Shown one piece after another: positions 42,993 through 51,423 of a DNA stretch of 64,000 nucleotides. Position 1 is the stretch's first letter; every line of letters starts with the position of its first letter. The notes under the pieces are model-generated. The model was not told the origin of the DNA and made no database searches. It saw only the letters and a list, made by a program, of their open reading frames with translations. This DNA comes from Burkholderiales bacterium (GTDB lineage Bacteria > Pseudomonadota > Gammaproteobacteria > Burkholderiales > SG8-39). Both the position numbers and the translations under genes were made by a program. Location of the stretch: positions 1,790-65,789 of the forward strand of contig DATLUZ010000226.1 of the NCBI GenBank assembly GCA_035577785.1, in the 5' to 3' direction.

Positions 42993-44096
42993 ATGCGGGT
43001 CGTTATCCTTCTCGCAGTTTTCCTTGGCGCGCCGGCGTTCGCCCAAACGTACAAGTCGGACGAGCACTCGTTCCGCGTGGTCCAGGTGGTGAAAGGCCTG
43101 GAGCAGCCCTGGTCGCTCGCTTTTCTTCCCGACGGGCGCATGCTGGCCACCGAGAAGGCGGGGCGGCTGCGCATGATTGCGAACGGCAGGCTCGAGCCGC
43201 AGCCCATCGCGGGCTTGCCGCGCGTCACGGTGCACGGTCAGGGGGGATTGCACGACGTCGTCCTGCATCCTCAATTCGAACAAAACCGGCTTGTGTACCT
43301 CGCGTACGCCGCCCGGGGAGAAGATGGGGTCGGTACGGAACTCGCCCGGGGGCGTCTCGCCGACGGCCGGCTCGAGGAGGTGCAGGTCCTTTTCCGGCAG
43401 AGTCCGAAGGGACGCACCGGCAACCATTTCGGCGGCCGCATCGTGTTCGACCGCGCCGGCTACGTCTATCTCACGCTCGGCGACCGCGGCGAGATGCCCC
43501 GCGCGCAGAAGCCCGACGACCACGCCGGCTCGGTGATCCGCCTGCACGACGACGGCCGCGTGCCCGACGCCAATCCTTTCGTCGGCAAACCGGGCTGGAA
43601 GCCGGAGAAGTTCGACCTCGGCCATCGCAACCAGCAGGGCGCGGCGCTGCATCCGCAGACCGGGGTGCTGTGGACGCACGAGCACGGCCCCCAGGGCGGC
43701 GACGAAGTGAACATCATCCGGGCCGGCGCCAACTACGGCTGGCCGGTGATCACCTACGGCGTCAACTACGGCACCGGCACCAAGATAGGCGAGGGCACCG
43801 CCAAGCCCGGCATGGAGCAGCCGATCCACTACTGGGTGCCGTCGATCGCGCCTTCGGGGATGGCGTTCTACACCGGCGATCGCTTCCCGCGGTGGAAGGG
43901 CAACCTCTTCGTCGGCGCGCTGCGCGACCAGCTGCTCGTGCGCCTTCAGCTCGACGGCGAAAAGGTCGTGAAGGAAGAGCGGCTGCTCAAAAACGTGCTC
44001 GGCCGCATCCGCGACGTGCGCACGGGGCCCGACGGCCTGATCTACCTCCTCACCGACGAGACCGACGGCGTCCTCGCCCGCCTCGAGCCCCTCTAA
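42993..44096 (+). CDS. PQQ-dependent soluble sugar dehydrogenase (YliI/sorbosone dehydrogenase family)
   Basis: Signal peptide; GLEQPWSLAFLPDGRMLATEKAGRLR; GHRNQQGAALHP...HGPQGGDEVN...GANYGWP. Confidence 0.9.
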   Translation: MRVVILLAVFLGAPAFAQTYKSDEHSFRVVQVVKGLEQPWSLAFLPDGRMLATEKAGRLRMIANGRLEPQPIAGLPRVTVHGQGGLHDVVLHPQFEQNRLVYLAYAARGEDGVGTELARGRLADGRLEEVQVLFRQSPKGRTGNHFGGRIVFDRAGYVYLTLGDRGEMPRAQKPDDHAGSVIRLHDDGRVPDANPFVGKPGWKPEKFDLGHRNQQGAALHPQTGVLWTHEHGPQGGDEVNIIRAGANYGWPVITYGVNYGTGTKIGEGTAKPGMEQPIHYWVPSIAPSGMAFYTGDRFPRWKGNLFVGALRDQLLVRLQLDGEKVVKEERLLKNVLGRIRDVRTGPDGLIYLLTDETDGVLARLEPL

Positions 44097-44109
44097 GCAG
44101 TGGGCTTCA

Positions 44110-44155
44110 TATAACTTTACACACGGGAAAGAAGCGCCTTACATAGCGGCGCGAG
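44110..44155 (+). promoter_or_regulatory. Copy A of a duplicated ~46-bp promoter/operator-like sequence
   Basis: TATAACTTTACACACGGGAAAGAAGCGCCTTACATAGCGGCGCGA, about 78% identical to 46572-46616. Ends 34 nt before the cpxP-like ATG. Confidence 0.45.
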
Positions 44156-44188
44156 ACTGCTCTCGCTTGAACAATACGAGAGGAAGTC

Positions 44189-44671
44189 ATGGAACAAACA
44201 ACTGAAACCTGCCGGCGCCGAGGCTTTTTCCGGCGCGCGGGATTGTTCGCGCTCGCAGGCACCGCGCTCGCCGGCTTCGGCGCGAAGGCATACGCGCAAA
44301 GCGGCTGGCGCCGCGGCGAGCCGCTGTCGGAGGCGCACCTCGACCGCATGCTGAAACATCTGTACGTCGAGATCGACGCCACCGAGGACCAGAAGCAGCG
44401 CCTGGCGCCGATCCTCAAGGACGCGGCGAAGGACCTCGCGCCGCTGCGCGAGACGGCGCGCGCCACGCGCGCCCAGGCGATCGAGCTCCTGACCCAGGAC
44501 AAGATCGACCCGGCCGCGATCGAGTCGCTGCGGGCGGAGAAGATGCGCCTCGCCGACGAGGCGTCGCGGCGCTTTACGCGCGCCTTGTCGGACGCCGCGG
44601 AAGTGCTCACGCCGGAGCAGCGCAAGACCCTCGCGCAGCGTTTCCAACGCCATCGCCACCACTTTGGGTGA
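44189..44671 (+). CDS. Spy/CpxP-family periplasmic protein (LTXXQ motif) with a Tat-like signal
   Basis: RRRGFFRRAG leader; LTPEQRKTL motif and a degenerate first motif ATEDQKQRL; His-rich C-terminus. Confidence 0.8.
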   Translation: MEQTTETCRRRGFFRRAGLFALAGTALAGFGAKAYAQSGWRRGEPLSEAHLDRMLKHLYVEIDATEDQKQRLAPILKDAAKDLAPLRETARATRAQAIELLTQDKIDPAAIESLRAEKMRLADEASRRFTRALSDAAEVLTPEQRKTLAQRFQRHRHHFG

Positions 44672-44708
44672 CCGGCAGGGCTGACCGGGCGCCGGTATAG
44701 TAGGCGAG

Positions 44709-45395
44709 GTGTCCGAGCGGGTCCTCCTGGTCGAAGACGACGCCCGCCTCGCCGAGATGGTGTCCGAGTATCTCGGCGGAGCGGGCTTCGACATTTCGCG
44801 GGTCGCGAGCGGCGCGGCGGCCCTCGAGCGCCTGGCGCGTCAGCCCTACGACGCGCTGGTGCTCGACCTGAACCTGCCCGACATCGACGGGCTGGAAGTC
44901 TGCCGGCGCCTGCGCGCCAAGTGGGACACGCCGGTGCTCATGCTGACCGCGCGCGGCGAGCCCATGGACCGCGTGGTCGGCCTCGAGCTCGGCGCCGACG
45001 ACTATCTTCCCAAGCCGTTCGAGCCGCGCGAGCTCCTGGCGAGGCTGCGTGCGCTGCTGCGGCGGGCGCACGCCCCCGCCCGGTCGAACCTGATGCGCTT
45101 CGGCCGGCTGGAAATCGACCGCGATTCGCGCCTGGTGCGCGTCGACGGCGAAGAGCGCACTCTCACGTCGCTGCAATACGAGCTGCTCGTCGCGCTCGCC
45201 GGGAACGCCGGGCGCGTGCTGTCGCGCGACGCGCTCATGGACCTGGTGAAAGGCCAGCCGCTCGAGGCGTTCGATCGCTCCATCGACGTGCACGTCTCGC
45301 GCATTCGCGCCGCGATCGAGGACGATCCGAAGAAGCCGCGCCGCCTGATCACCGTGCGTGGCGCGGGCTACGTCTTCGCAAAGCAGCAGCCCTGA
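44709..45395 (+). CDS. OmpR/PhoB-family response regulator
   Basis: Receiver VLLVEDD...LVLDLNLPDIDG...LTARG...GADDYLPKPF and winged-helix C-terminus ...ITVRGAGYVF. Confidence 0.9.
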   Translation: MSERVLLVEDDARLAEMVSEYLGGAGFDISRVASGAAALERLARQPYDALVLDLNLPDIDGLEVCRRLRAKWDTPVLMLTARGEPMDRVVGLELGADDYLPKPFEPRELLARLRALLRRAHAPARSNLMRFGRLEIDRDSRLVRVDGEERTLTSLQYELLVALAGNAGRVLSRDALMDLVKGQPLEAFDRSIDVHVSRIRAAIEDDPKKPRRLITVRGAGYVFAKQQP

Positions 45396-46576
45396 TGCGC
45401 CGGCTCTACCTGCGCATCTATCTTGCGGTGCTGGGGAGCCTTGCCGCCTTCGCGTTCGTTGCCGCCGTCGCGTGGCATACCTTCAGCGGACCCTGGGCAG
45501 GCGAGGAGACCCTGACCACGGTGGCGCGGAACCTGCTGCCCCCTGCGAGCGCACCGGTGCCCGAGCAGCAGGTCGCGCTGGAGCGGCTCGCCCGCGACCT
45601 CCGCATCGACCTCGCGCTCTTCTCGTCCGATGGCACGCGCCTCGCGCGGGTCGGCAATCCGATCGAGGCGCCGCAACGCGTGGGGCGACAGCGGGGCGTG
45701 CGCGGGCCGCCGGTGTGGGCCGCCAGGCTCGAAGACGGGCGCTGGATCGCCGCGCGCGCGCCGCACCGCGGCGGACCGGGAATCGGTCTTTTTTTCCTCG
45801 CCCTGCTCCTCGTCGCCATCGCCGTCGGCGCCTACCCCGTCGTGCGGCGCCTCACGCTGCGGCTGGAGCGCCTGCAGCGCGGCGTTACCGCGCTGGGTGA
45901 AGGCGATCTTTCGGCCCGGGTCCGGGTCGAGGGCCGGGACGAGGTGGCGCGGCTTGCCGAGAGCTTCAACCAGGCCGCCGAGCGGATCGAGCGGCTCGTC
46001 GGCGCGAACAAGCTCATGCTGGCGAGCGCCTCGCACGAGCTGCGCACGCCGCTCGCCCGCATCCGCATGGCGGTCGAGCTGATGAAGGCGCGCGCCGACC
46101 CGGCGCGCAAGCTCGAGCTCGAGCACGACATCGCGGAGCTCGACGCCCTCATCGACGAGATCCTGCTCGCGAGCCGGCTCGACGCCGTGCCCGGCGTGGA
46201 AGACGGCGAAGCGGTGGACCTGCTCGCGCTGGCGGCGGAGGAGGCGTCGCGGTATGCGATTGAAGTTGAAGGAACCCCGATCATCGTCAAAGGCGACGCG
46301 AAGCTGCTGCGCAGGATGATCCGCAACCTGCTCGAGAACGCGAAGCGCCACGGCGCCGCGCCGGTGACGCTGACGGTGAGGGGCGGGGAGCTCTCGGTGT
46401 GCGACGCCGGAAGCGGCGTGCCCGAGGGCGACCGCGAGCGCATCTTCCAGCCCTTCTATCGCGGGGCGCGCGGGTCGGGCCTCGGGCTTTCGATCGTGCG
46501 CCAGATCGCGCGCAAGCACGGCGGCGACGCGCGCTGCGAGGGCAACTGCTTCATCGTCAGCCTGCGCGCAACATAA
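45395..46576 (+). CDS. sensor histidine kinase (2 TM, HAMP, HisKA, HATPase_c)
   Basis: H-box SHELRTPL; N-box LLENAKRHG; DAGSGVP; GLGLSIV. The ATG shares one base with the RR stop codon. Confidence 0.9.
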   Translation: MRRLYLRIYLAVLGSLAAFAFVAAVAWHTFSGPWAGEETLTTVARNLLPPASAPVPEQQVALERLARDLRIDLALFSSDGTRLARVGNPIEAPQRVGRQRGVRGPPVWAARLEDGRWIAARAPHRGGPGIGLFFLALLLVAIAVGAYPVVRRLTLRLERLQRGVTALGEGDLSARVRVEGRDEVARLAESFNQAAERIERLVGANKLMLASASHELRTPLARIRMAVELMKARADPARKLELEHDIAELDALIDEILLASRLDAVPGVEDGEAVDLLALAAEEASRYAIEVEGTPIIVKGDAKLLRRMIRNLLENAKRHGAAPVTLTVRGGELSVCDAGSGVPEGDRERIFQPFYRGARGSGLGLSIVRQIARKHGGDARCEGNCFIVSLRAT

Positions 46577-46616
46577 CTTTACCCGCGGGAAAGAAATCGC
46601 CTACACGCCGGTGCGA
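46572..46616 (+). promoter_or_regulatory. Copy B of the duplicated ~46-bp sequence
   Basis: CATAACTTTACCCGCGGGAAAGAAATCGCCTACACGCCGGTGCGA. Includes the HK stop codon and abuts a small ORF. Confidence 0.4.
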
Positions 46617-46771
46617 TGCTTCACGCCATGGAGCGCGCCAAGGACGGGCTGCTCGACGGGATCGAGGACGACCTCGCCAGCGGCACGCCCGTCGCATTCA
46701 TCGCCGCAATCCTTGTGCTGGAGGCCGCCGCGTTGATCGCGACGCTGCTCCCACGCCTTGGCTTCTTCTAG
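46616..46771 (+). CDS. candidate small membrane protein (51 aa from ATG 46616, or 47 aa from ATG 46628), not in the ORF track
   Basis: MLHAMERAKDGLLDGIEDDLASGTPVAFIAAILVLEAAALIATLLPRLGFF. An acidic N-terminus and one hydrophobic helix. About 89% G/C at third codon positions. No SD. Confidence 0.3.
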   Translation: MLHAMERAKDGLLDGIEDDLASGTPVAFIAAILVLEAAALIATLLPRLGFF

Positions 46772-47460
46772 CGCACGAGCGCGCGCTTCGCCAGCGCCGC
46801 AAGCGGCGGACAGGGGGTCAGAAAGAGGCACCCCGAGCGCATTGCGCGATGGCCGTTGGGAAGGGTGATCGCCTGCGTATAGCGGACTTCGAGATCGACC
46901 ATGCAGTCGCCGCCTTTCGGCAGCGCGATGCGGCAGCCGCGCAGCACGGTGCCCGGCTCGAGCGTGATGCTGCACGCGTAGCAGAGGAACGCGACGCCGC
47001 CGGCGCCGAGGTCGAGGATCAGGGCGTCGAACGGCATGATGCCGCGGGTATCGGCGTGCACGCGCAGCGGAAGCGGCGCCCGGAGCTGGACGCGGTCGTG
47101 GCTGCGGCGCGGGTTGCTGGCGAGGAGCTCCGGGAAGCGGCACTGGATGAGCTCGCGGCGCCGGAACGTCACCGCGCGCGGCTCGGCGGCGACGAACTCG
47201 ACGTGCCACCCCGCGATCTCGCAGTGGAACGTGCAGCGGGGGCGCGCCAGCACCGCCGCGTTTGCCGCGGCCACCGGACTGCGGCTCATCACGAGGTGGC
47301 CGGCTCTCGGATCGATGATTACGAGCTGCGCCTGGAAAGTGAAGCTGGGGAAGAAGGCGCACACGTTCGCCCGCTCGGCCTTCGCCTTCGCGAGCACGCG
47401 CGCGATCTCCGCCGGGGAACGCGACAGGAGGCCGGTGATGGTCTTGTCGAGCGTGTTCAG
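46768..47460 (-). CDS. YcgR-like PilZ-domain c-di-GMP receptor; start uncertain, probably CTG 47460
   Basis: PilZ motifs RRSHDR and DLGAGG (the usual Ser is Gly). PilZN-like N-terminus. The in-frame ATG at 47646 would overlap the upstream gene by 190 nt. Confidence 0.65.
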   Translation of the reverse strand: MNTLDKTITGLLSRSPAEIARVLAKAKAERANVCAFFPSFTFQAQLVIIDPRAGHLVMSRSPVAAANAAVLARPRCTFHCEIAGWHVEFVAAEPRAVTFRRRELIQCRFPELLASNPRRSHDRVQLRAPLPLRVHADTRGIMPFDALILDLGAGGVAFLCYACSITLEPGTVLRGCRIALPKGGDCMVDLEVRYTQAITLPNGHRAMRSGCLFLTPCPPLAALAKRALVR

Positions 47461-48449
47461 ACTTTGTAGGCCTCCAGGGTTTCCTTCGCGAAGAGCTCCT
47501 CGGGCGCGAAGCGGCGCCGCGACAGGCCCTGCTCGTGGTGATAGCGCAGGAACGCGTCGAGCACGTGCCGGTTTGGCGCGAGGCCGTAGGGCCACCAGTC
47601 CTCGCCCATCTCGCGCCGGGTCTCGTCGACGTGCGCGACCAGCCACGGCAGCATCGCCGGCAGCGCGGCGGTCTGGTGGTACATCTCGAAGGCCTTTGCC
47701 TTGGCCGCGGTGAACGCCTTGTAAAGCGATTGCGCGACCCAGGGGTTGGCACGGTACACGTCTCGGCGGATGACCACCGTGTGCATGATGGGAAAGATGC
47801 GGGTGCGCCGGTAGTAGGCCTTTTCCTGCTCGACGTAGTCGGGAAACAGGCGCTTGACCTTGTCGGGCTGCGAGTGGAACGTGGAAGGCGCGCGCGCCGT
47901 CACCAGGGCGTCGAGCTCGCCGTCGGCGAGCATCCGCGACAGGGTCTGCGTCGGCCCGATCGGGCGCAGCCGGATCGCGGCGGGGAGGCTCAGCCGGATC
48001 TTCTCGTCGCGCCCGGGCTCTTCCTCACCGCCGGGACAATGCTCGACGTCGGTCACGCCCACGCCGTGGTCGTCGGACAGGATGCCGCGGATCCACACCG
48101 GCGCCGTCATCTGGTACTCGGGAACGCCGACGCGCTTTCCCTTGAGATCCTCGGGCTCGCGGATGCCGCTCTTCGCCGAGACGAAGATGCACGAGTGGCG
48201 GAAGAAGCGCGAGGGGAAAACCGGAATGGCGATGAACGGCGGATTCTCCGCGTTGAGCGACGCGGTGTACGAGGAGAGCGACATCTCCGAGCAATCGAAC
48301 TCGCGGTGGCGCAGCATGCGGAAGAACGTTTCCTCCACGGGCTGCGTGAGATACACGAGATCGATTCCGTCGGGCTGCACGCTGCGGTCGGCAAGCGCGC
48401 GGGTGCGGTCGTAATCCCAGCATGCCAGGGTGAGCCTGAGCCGGTTCAT
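47457..48449 (-). CDS. 4,5-dihydroxyphthalate decarboxylase-like (PhtD/Pht5 family) protein
   Basis: LTLACWDYDRTRAL...FDCSEMSLSSY...IAIPVFPSRFFRH...DLKGKRVGVPEYQMTA pattern. Confidence 0.75.
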   Translation of the reverse strand: MNRLRLTLACWDYDRTRALADRSVQPDGIDLVYLTQPVEETFFRMLRHREFDCSEMSLSSYTASLNAENPPFIAIPVFPSRFFRHSCIFVSAKSGIREPEDLKGKRVGVPEYQMTAPVWIRGILSDDHGVGVTDVEHCPGGEEEPGRDEKIRLSLPAAIRLRPIGPTQTLSRMLADGELDALVTARAPSTFHSQPDKVKRLFPDYVEQEKAYYRRTRIFPIMHTVVIRRDVYRANPWVAQSLYKAFTAAKAKAFEMYHQTAALPAMLPWLVAHVDETRREMGEDWWPYGLAPNRHVLDAFLRYHHEQGLSRRRFAPEELFAKETLEAYKV

Positions 48450-48473
48450 CGGCCCAGTATACTTGCCGCGAAT

Positions 48474-48926
48474 TCAGGTAGTAGGCCGCCTCGAGCGGAA
48501 CTCGTGGCATTTGCCCGCTTGCCGGGCGGTCAAAGTAGTCAGGTTCTCCGTCACCGCGACGAGCACGCGCTTTGCCGCCGCCACATCCGACGCGGGCAGG
48601 CCGCGTACGGCAGCGCGGTTCGTGGCCTTGGCGAGCGGCACGAGGCGCCGCTCGAGCGCGCGGCCCTTCGCGCTGAGGTGCACGTAGACGGTCTTGCGGT
48701 TCCCGGGCAGCTGCCTGCGCTTCACGTAGCCCAGCCTCTCCATCGCCTTGAGCGCGGCGTGCGTCGAGGGTTCCATCACCCCCGCCTGCTGCGAAAGCTC
48801 GCGTTGCGTCAGGCCGTCGCGCGCCCACAGGATTCGCAGGAACGTCCAGTGGCCGAAGCTCACGCCGTGCGCGGCGAGGCGACCCTGCAGGTCGCGGACG
48901 AAGGCGCGCCAGGCTTCCTTGGTCAG
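48474..48926 (-). CDS. MarR family transcriptional regulator; start uncertain (CTG 48926 or ATG 49022)
   Basis: Winged-helix core GLTQRELSQQAGVMEPSTHAALKAMERLGYVKRRQLPGNRKTVYVHLSAKG. Confidence 0.8.
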   Translation of the reverse strand: MTKEAWRAFVRDLQGRLAAHGVSFGHWTFLRILWARDGLTQRELSQQAGVMEPSTHAALKAMERLGYVKRRQLPGNRKTVYVHLSAKGRALERRLVPLAKATNRAAVRGLPASDVAAAKRVLVAVTENLTTLTARQAGKCHEFRSRRPTT

Positions 48927-50089
48927 GTGCGCGAGGCGGTCTGGCCTGGTAATGCGATCTCCCTTCCCTCCCGTGAGGAGCGAAGGATGGCGAGGCACAC
49001 CTCGAGCGTGGCCGCGCCCCATTCGCCGTCGTGGCGCGGCGGCTTGCCGTCGACGACCGCGGCGTGGAGCTCGTCGATGACTTCGGCGCGCTGGACCTTG
49101 GGCGCGGGGAGCGGCTCGAGGCGGCGCTCCGTGTCGCCGTAGATCATGACGCCCCGCGCAGTGGGCCTCAGGTCGGCGTGCTCGCACGAGGCGATGAGCA
49201 GGCCGAAGTGCTGGTGGAACGGCTTTCCCTCGGCGGGCGCAAAGAGCGACCCGCCGTAGTTGCGCGCGCTCTTGAGCGCCGTTTCGTCGCCCGCGAGCGT
49301 GCGCCGCGCGGCGCCGTAGGCCCCGGGATCCTTGCGCTGCCCGCCTTCGCCGATCCAGTCGCACAGCTCGTCCGAGTCGAAGTGGGCGTAACCGCTGTAG
49401 GTGAGCGAGGCGTACAGGCCGTCCTCGAAGGAGAGCAGCGCCGAATACGCGCCTTCGGTCGGCCGCGCCGGATCCCAGGCGCCGGTCTGCGCCCGCACCG
49501 TCCGGACCCGACCGCCGCCGCCGAGGAGGCGCGCGATGTCGACGTGATGCGCGGCCTGGTTGAACACCGCGCCGCCGCCGCGCGCGGTATCGAGCTCTTC
49601 CGGCCGGCGTGGCCGGTACAGGAAGTCGGTGAAGTTTACGGCCGTGATCATGCGCAGCGGGCCGTACGCGCCGCTTTCAATTATTTTTCTTGTAAAAGCA
49701 ATAGGTGCGTCGAAGCTGTGGCTGTGGCCGACGATCAGGTGCACGCGGTGCGCGCGCGCCGCGGCGCTCATCGCCGCGCATTCGTCTAGGCCGAGCGCCA
49801 TCGGCTTCTCGACGAGCACGTGCTTGCCCGCGGCCGCCGCCAGGATCGTGTGCGCGGCATGGTGCTGATGCGGCGTTGCGACATAGACGGCGTCCACGCC
49901 GGGGTCGGCGCACAGCGCCTCGACGGTGGCGTAGGTGCGGCCGCCGAAGTCGGCCTCGAAGCGCGCGCGCGCCTCGGGGCGCGGGTCGGCGGCCGCGACC
50001 AGGCGCACGCGCGCCTCGCCCGCGAACGTCGGTGCCATGAGGCTGAAGGCGCGGCCGAGCCCCGCGACGCCGATCGAGATTGTCTTCAT
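48923..50089 (-). CDS. Gfo/Idh/MocA family oxidoreductase (candidate cis-dihydrodiol dehydrogenase)
   Basis: VAGLGRAF and LVEKPMA motifs. Located in a phthalate-type cluster. Confidence 0.85.
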   Translation of the reverse strand: MKTISIGVAGLGRAFSLMAPTFAGEARVRLVAAADPRPEARARFEADFGGRTYATVEALCADPGVDAVYVATPHQHHAAHTILAAAAGKHVLVEKPMALGLDECAAMSAAARAHRVHLIVGHSHSFDAPIAFTRKIIESGAYGPLRMITAVNFTDFLYRPRRPEELDTARGGGAVFNQAAHHVDIARLLGGGGRVRTVRAQTGAWDPARPTEGAYSALLSFEDGLYASLTYSGYAHFDSDELCDWIGEGGQRKDPGAYGAARRTLAGDETALKSARNYGGSLFAPAEGKPFHQHFGLLIASCEHADLRPTARGVMIYGDTERRLEPLPAPKVQRAEVIDELHAAVVDGKPPRHDGEWGAATLEVCLAILRSSREGREIALPGQTASRT

Positions 50090-50118
50090 GCGAGACCCAG
50101 CATACTATGCCTTCCGGA

Positions 50119-50138
50119 ATACTTAGGCGCCTAAGTAT
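50119..50138. promoter_or_regulatory. Perfect 20-bp palindrome, candidate MarR operator
   Basis: ATACTTAGGC|GCCTAAGTAT. Lies in the divergent region, and its last two bases are the AT of ATG 50137. Confidence 0.55.
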
Positions 50139-51423
50139 GCTTACTCCTGAGGAAAATCAGCTCCTGTGCCGCGTCGAGGGCGATGCGCCCATGGGCGGCA
50201 TCATGCGCCGCCACTGGCTGCCGGTCTGCATGTCGGAGGAGGTGGCCGAACCCGACGGCAAGCCGGTCCGCTCGCGGCTGCTGGGCGAGGACCTGGTGGT
50301 CTTCAGGGATTCCCAGAATCGGCTTGGCGTCCTGGGCGAGCACTGCCTGCATCGCCGCGCCTCGCTCGCCTTCGGACGCAACGAAGAGTGCGGCCTGCGC
50401 TGCCTGTATCACGGCTGGAAATTCGACGTCGAAGGCAACGTGCTCGACATGCCCTCCGAGGCGCCTGGCGCGGCGCAGCGGCTCGGGAAGAAAGCCACCG
50501 CCTATCCGGCGCGCGAGGGCGGCGGGTTTGTCTGGGCCTGGATGGGACCGATCGAAGAGCTGCGTGAATTCGAGCCGCCGGCGTGGGCGCCGCTGCCGGG
50601 CATCCGGTACGCGATCGTCAAGATGCACGCGGCGTGCAACTGGGCGCAGGTGCTCGAAGGCTCGATCGACTCGGCGCACAGCTCGAGCCTGCATTCGAGC
50701 AACATGCCGGCGGCGCAGGACGTCTACGGATCGACCGCCGCCGACGGCGCCTGGCTGCGGCCCTCGAACGACAAGGCCCCGCGGCTTCATTTCGAGGCCA
50801 CCGACTACGGCTTTCGCTACGCCGCCATCCGCAAGCCGATCCGCAACCCGGAGAACGAACAGTACGTGCGCACGACGCTCTTCCTTGCGCCCTTCACCGT
50901 GCTGATTCCGCCGAACAACCAGTACAACCTGGCGCAGATGCTGGTGCCCATCGACGACGTGAACACCATGTTCTACTGGGTCGCCTGGCATCCGGATCCC
51001 GCGAAAGGGATCTCGCAGCAGGCGTGGCGCAAGTTCTGCGCCGCCGAGGTCGGCGTGGACCTCGACGCCGACTATCGGAAAAAGCGCAATTTGGAAAACA
51101 GCTACCTCCAGGACCGCGAGGCGATGAAGCGCGGCGACTGGACCGGCATTGCCGGCATCCCGGCGCAGGACATGGCGATGTGGGAGTCGATGGGGCCGAT
51201 CACCGACCGCTCGCAGGACCACTTCGGCTCGAGCGACCTCGCGGTGGCGCAGTTCCGCCGCATGATGGTCGCTGCGGCGAAGAAGTTTCAGGAAACCGGG
51301 TGGGCGATCGGGGCGCAGAAGACCGCGCGCTACGCCGAGCTCGCCTCCTTCGAGGGCATCGTGCCGAAAGCGCTCGACTGGCGGACCCACGGCGCACGCG
51401 CCCGGACGGAAGAAGAGGCTTGA
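50137..51423 (+). CDS. Rieske [2Fe-2S] aromatic ring-hydroxylating oxygenase, phthalate-family alpha subunit
   Basis: Rieske motif CLHRRASL...CLYHGWKF. No beta subunit gene. Start at 50137 (alternatives 50080 and 50107). Confidence 0.9.
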   Translation: MLTPEENQLLCRVEGDAPMGGIMRRHWLPVCMSEEVAEPDGKPVRSRLLGEDLVVFRDSQNRLGVLGEHCLHRRASLAFGRNEECGLRCLYHGWKFDVEGNVLDMPSEAPGAAQRLGKKATAYPAREGGGFVWAWMGPIEELREFEPPAWAPLPGIRYAIVKMHAACNWAQVLEGSIDSAHSSSLHSSNMPAAQDVYGSTAADGAWLRPSNDKAPRLHFEATDYGFRYAAIRKPIRNPENEQYVRTTLFLAPFTVLIPPNNQYNLAQMLVPIDDVNTMFYWVAWHPDPAKGISQQAWRKFCAAEVGVDLDADYRKKRNLENSYLQDREAMKRGDWTGIAGIPAQDMAMWESMGPITDRSQDHFGSSDLAVAQFRRMMVAAAKKFQETGWAIGAQKTARYAELASFEGIVPKALDWRTHGARARTEEEA

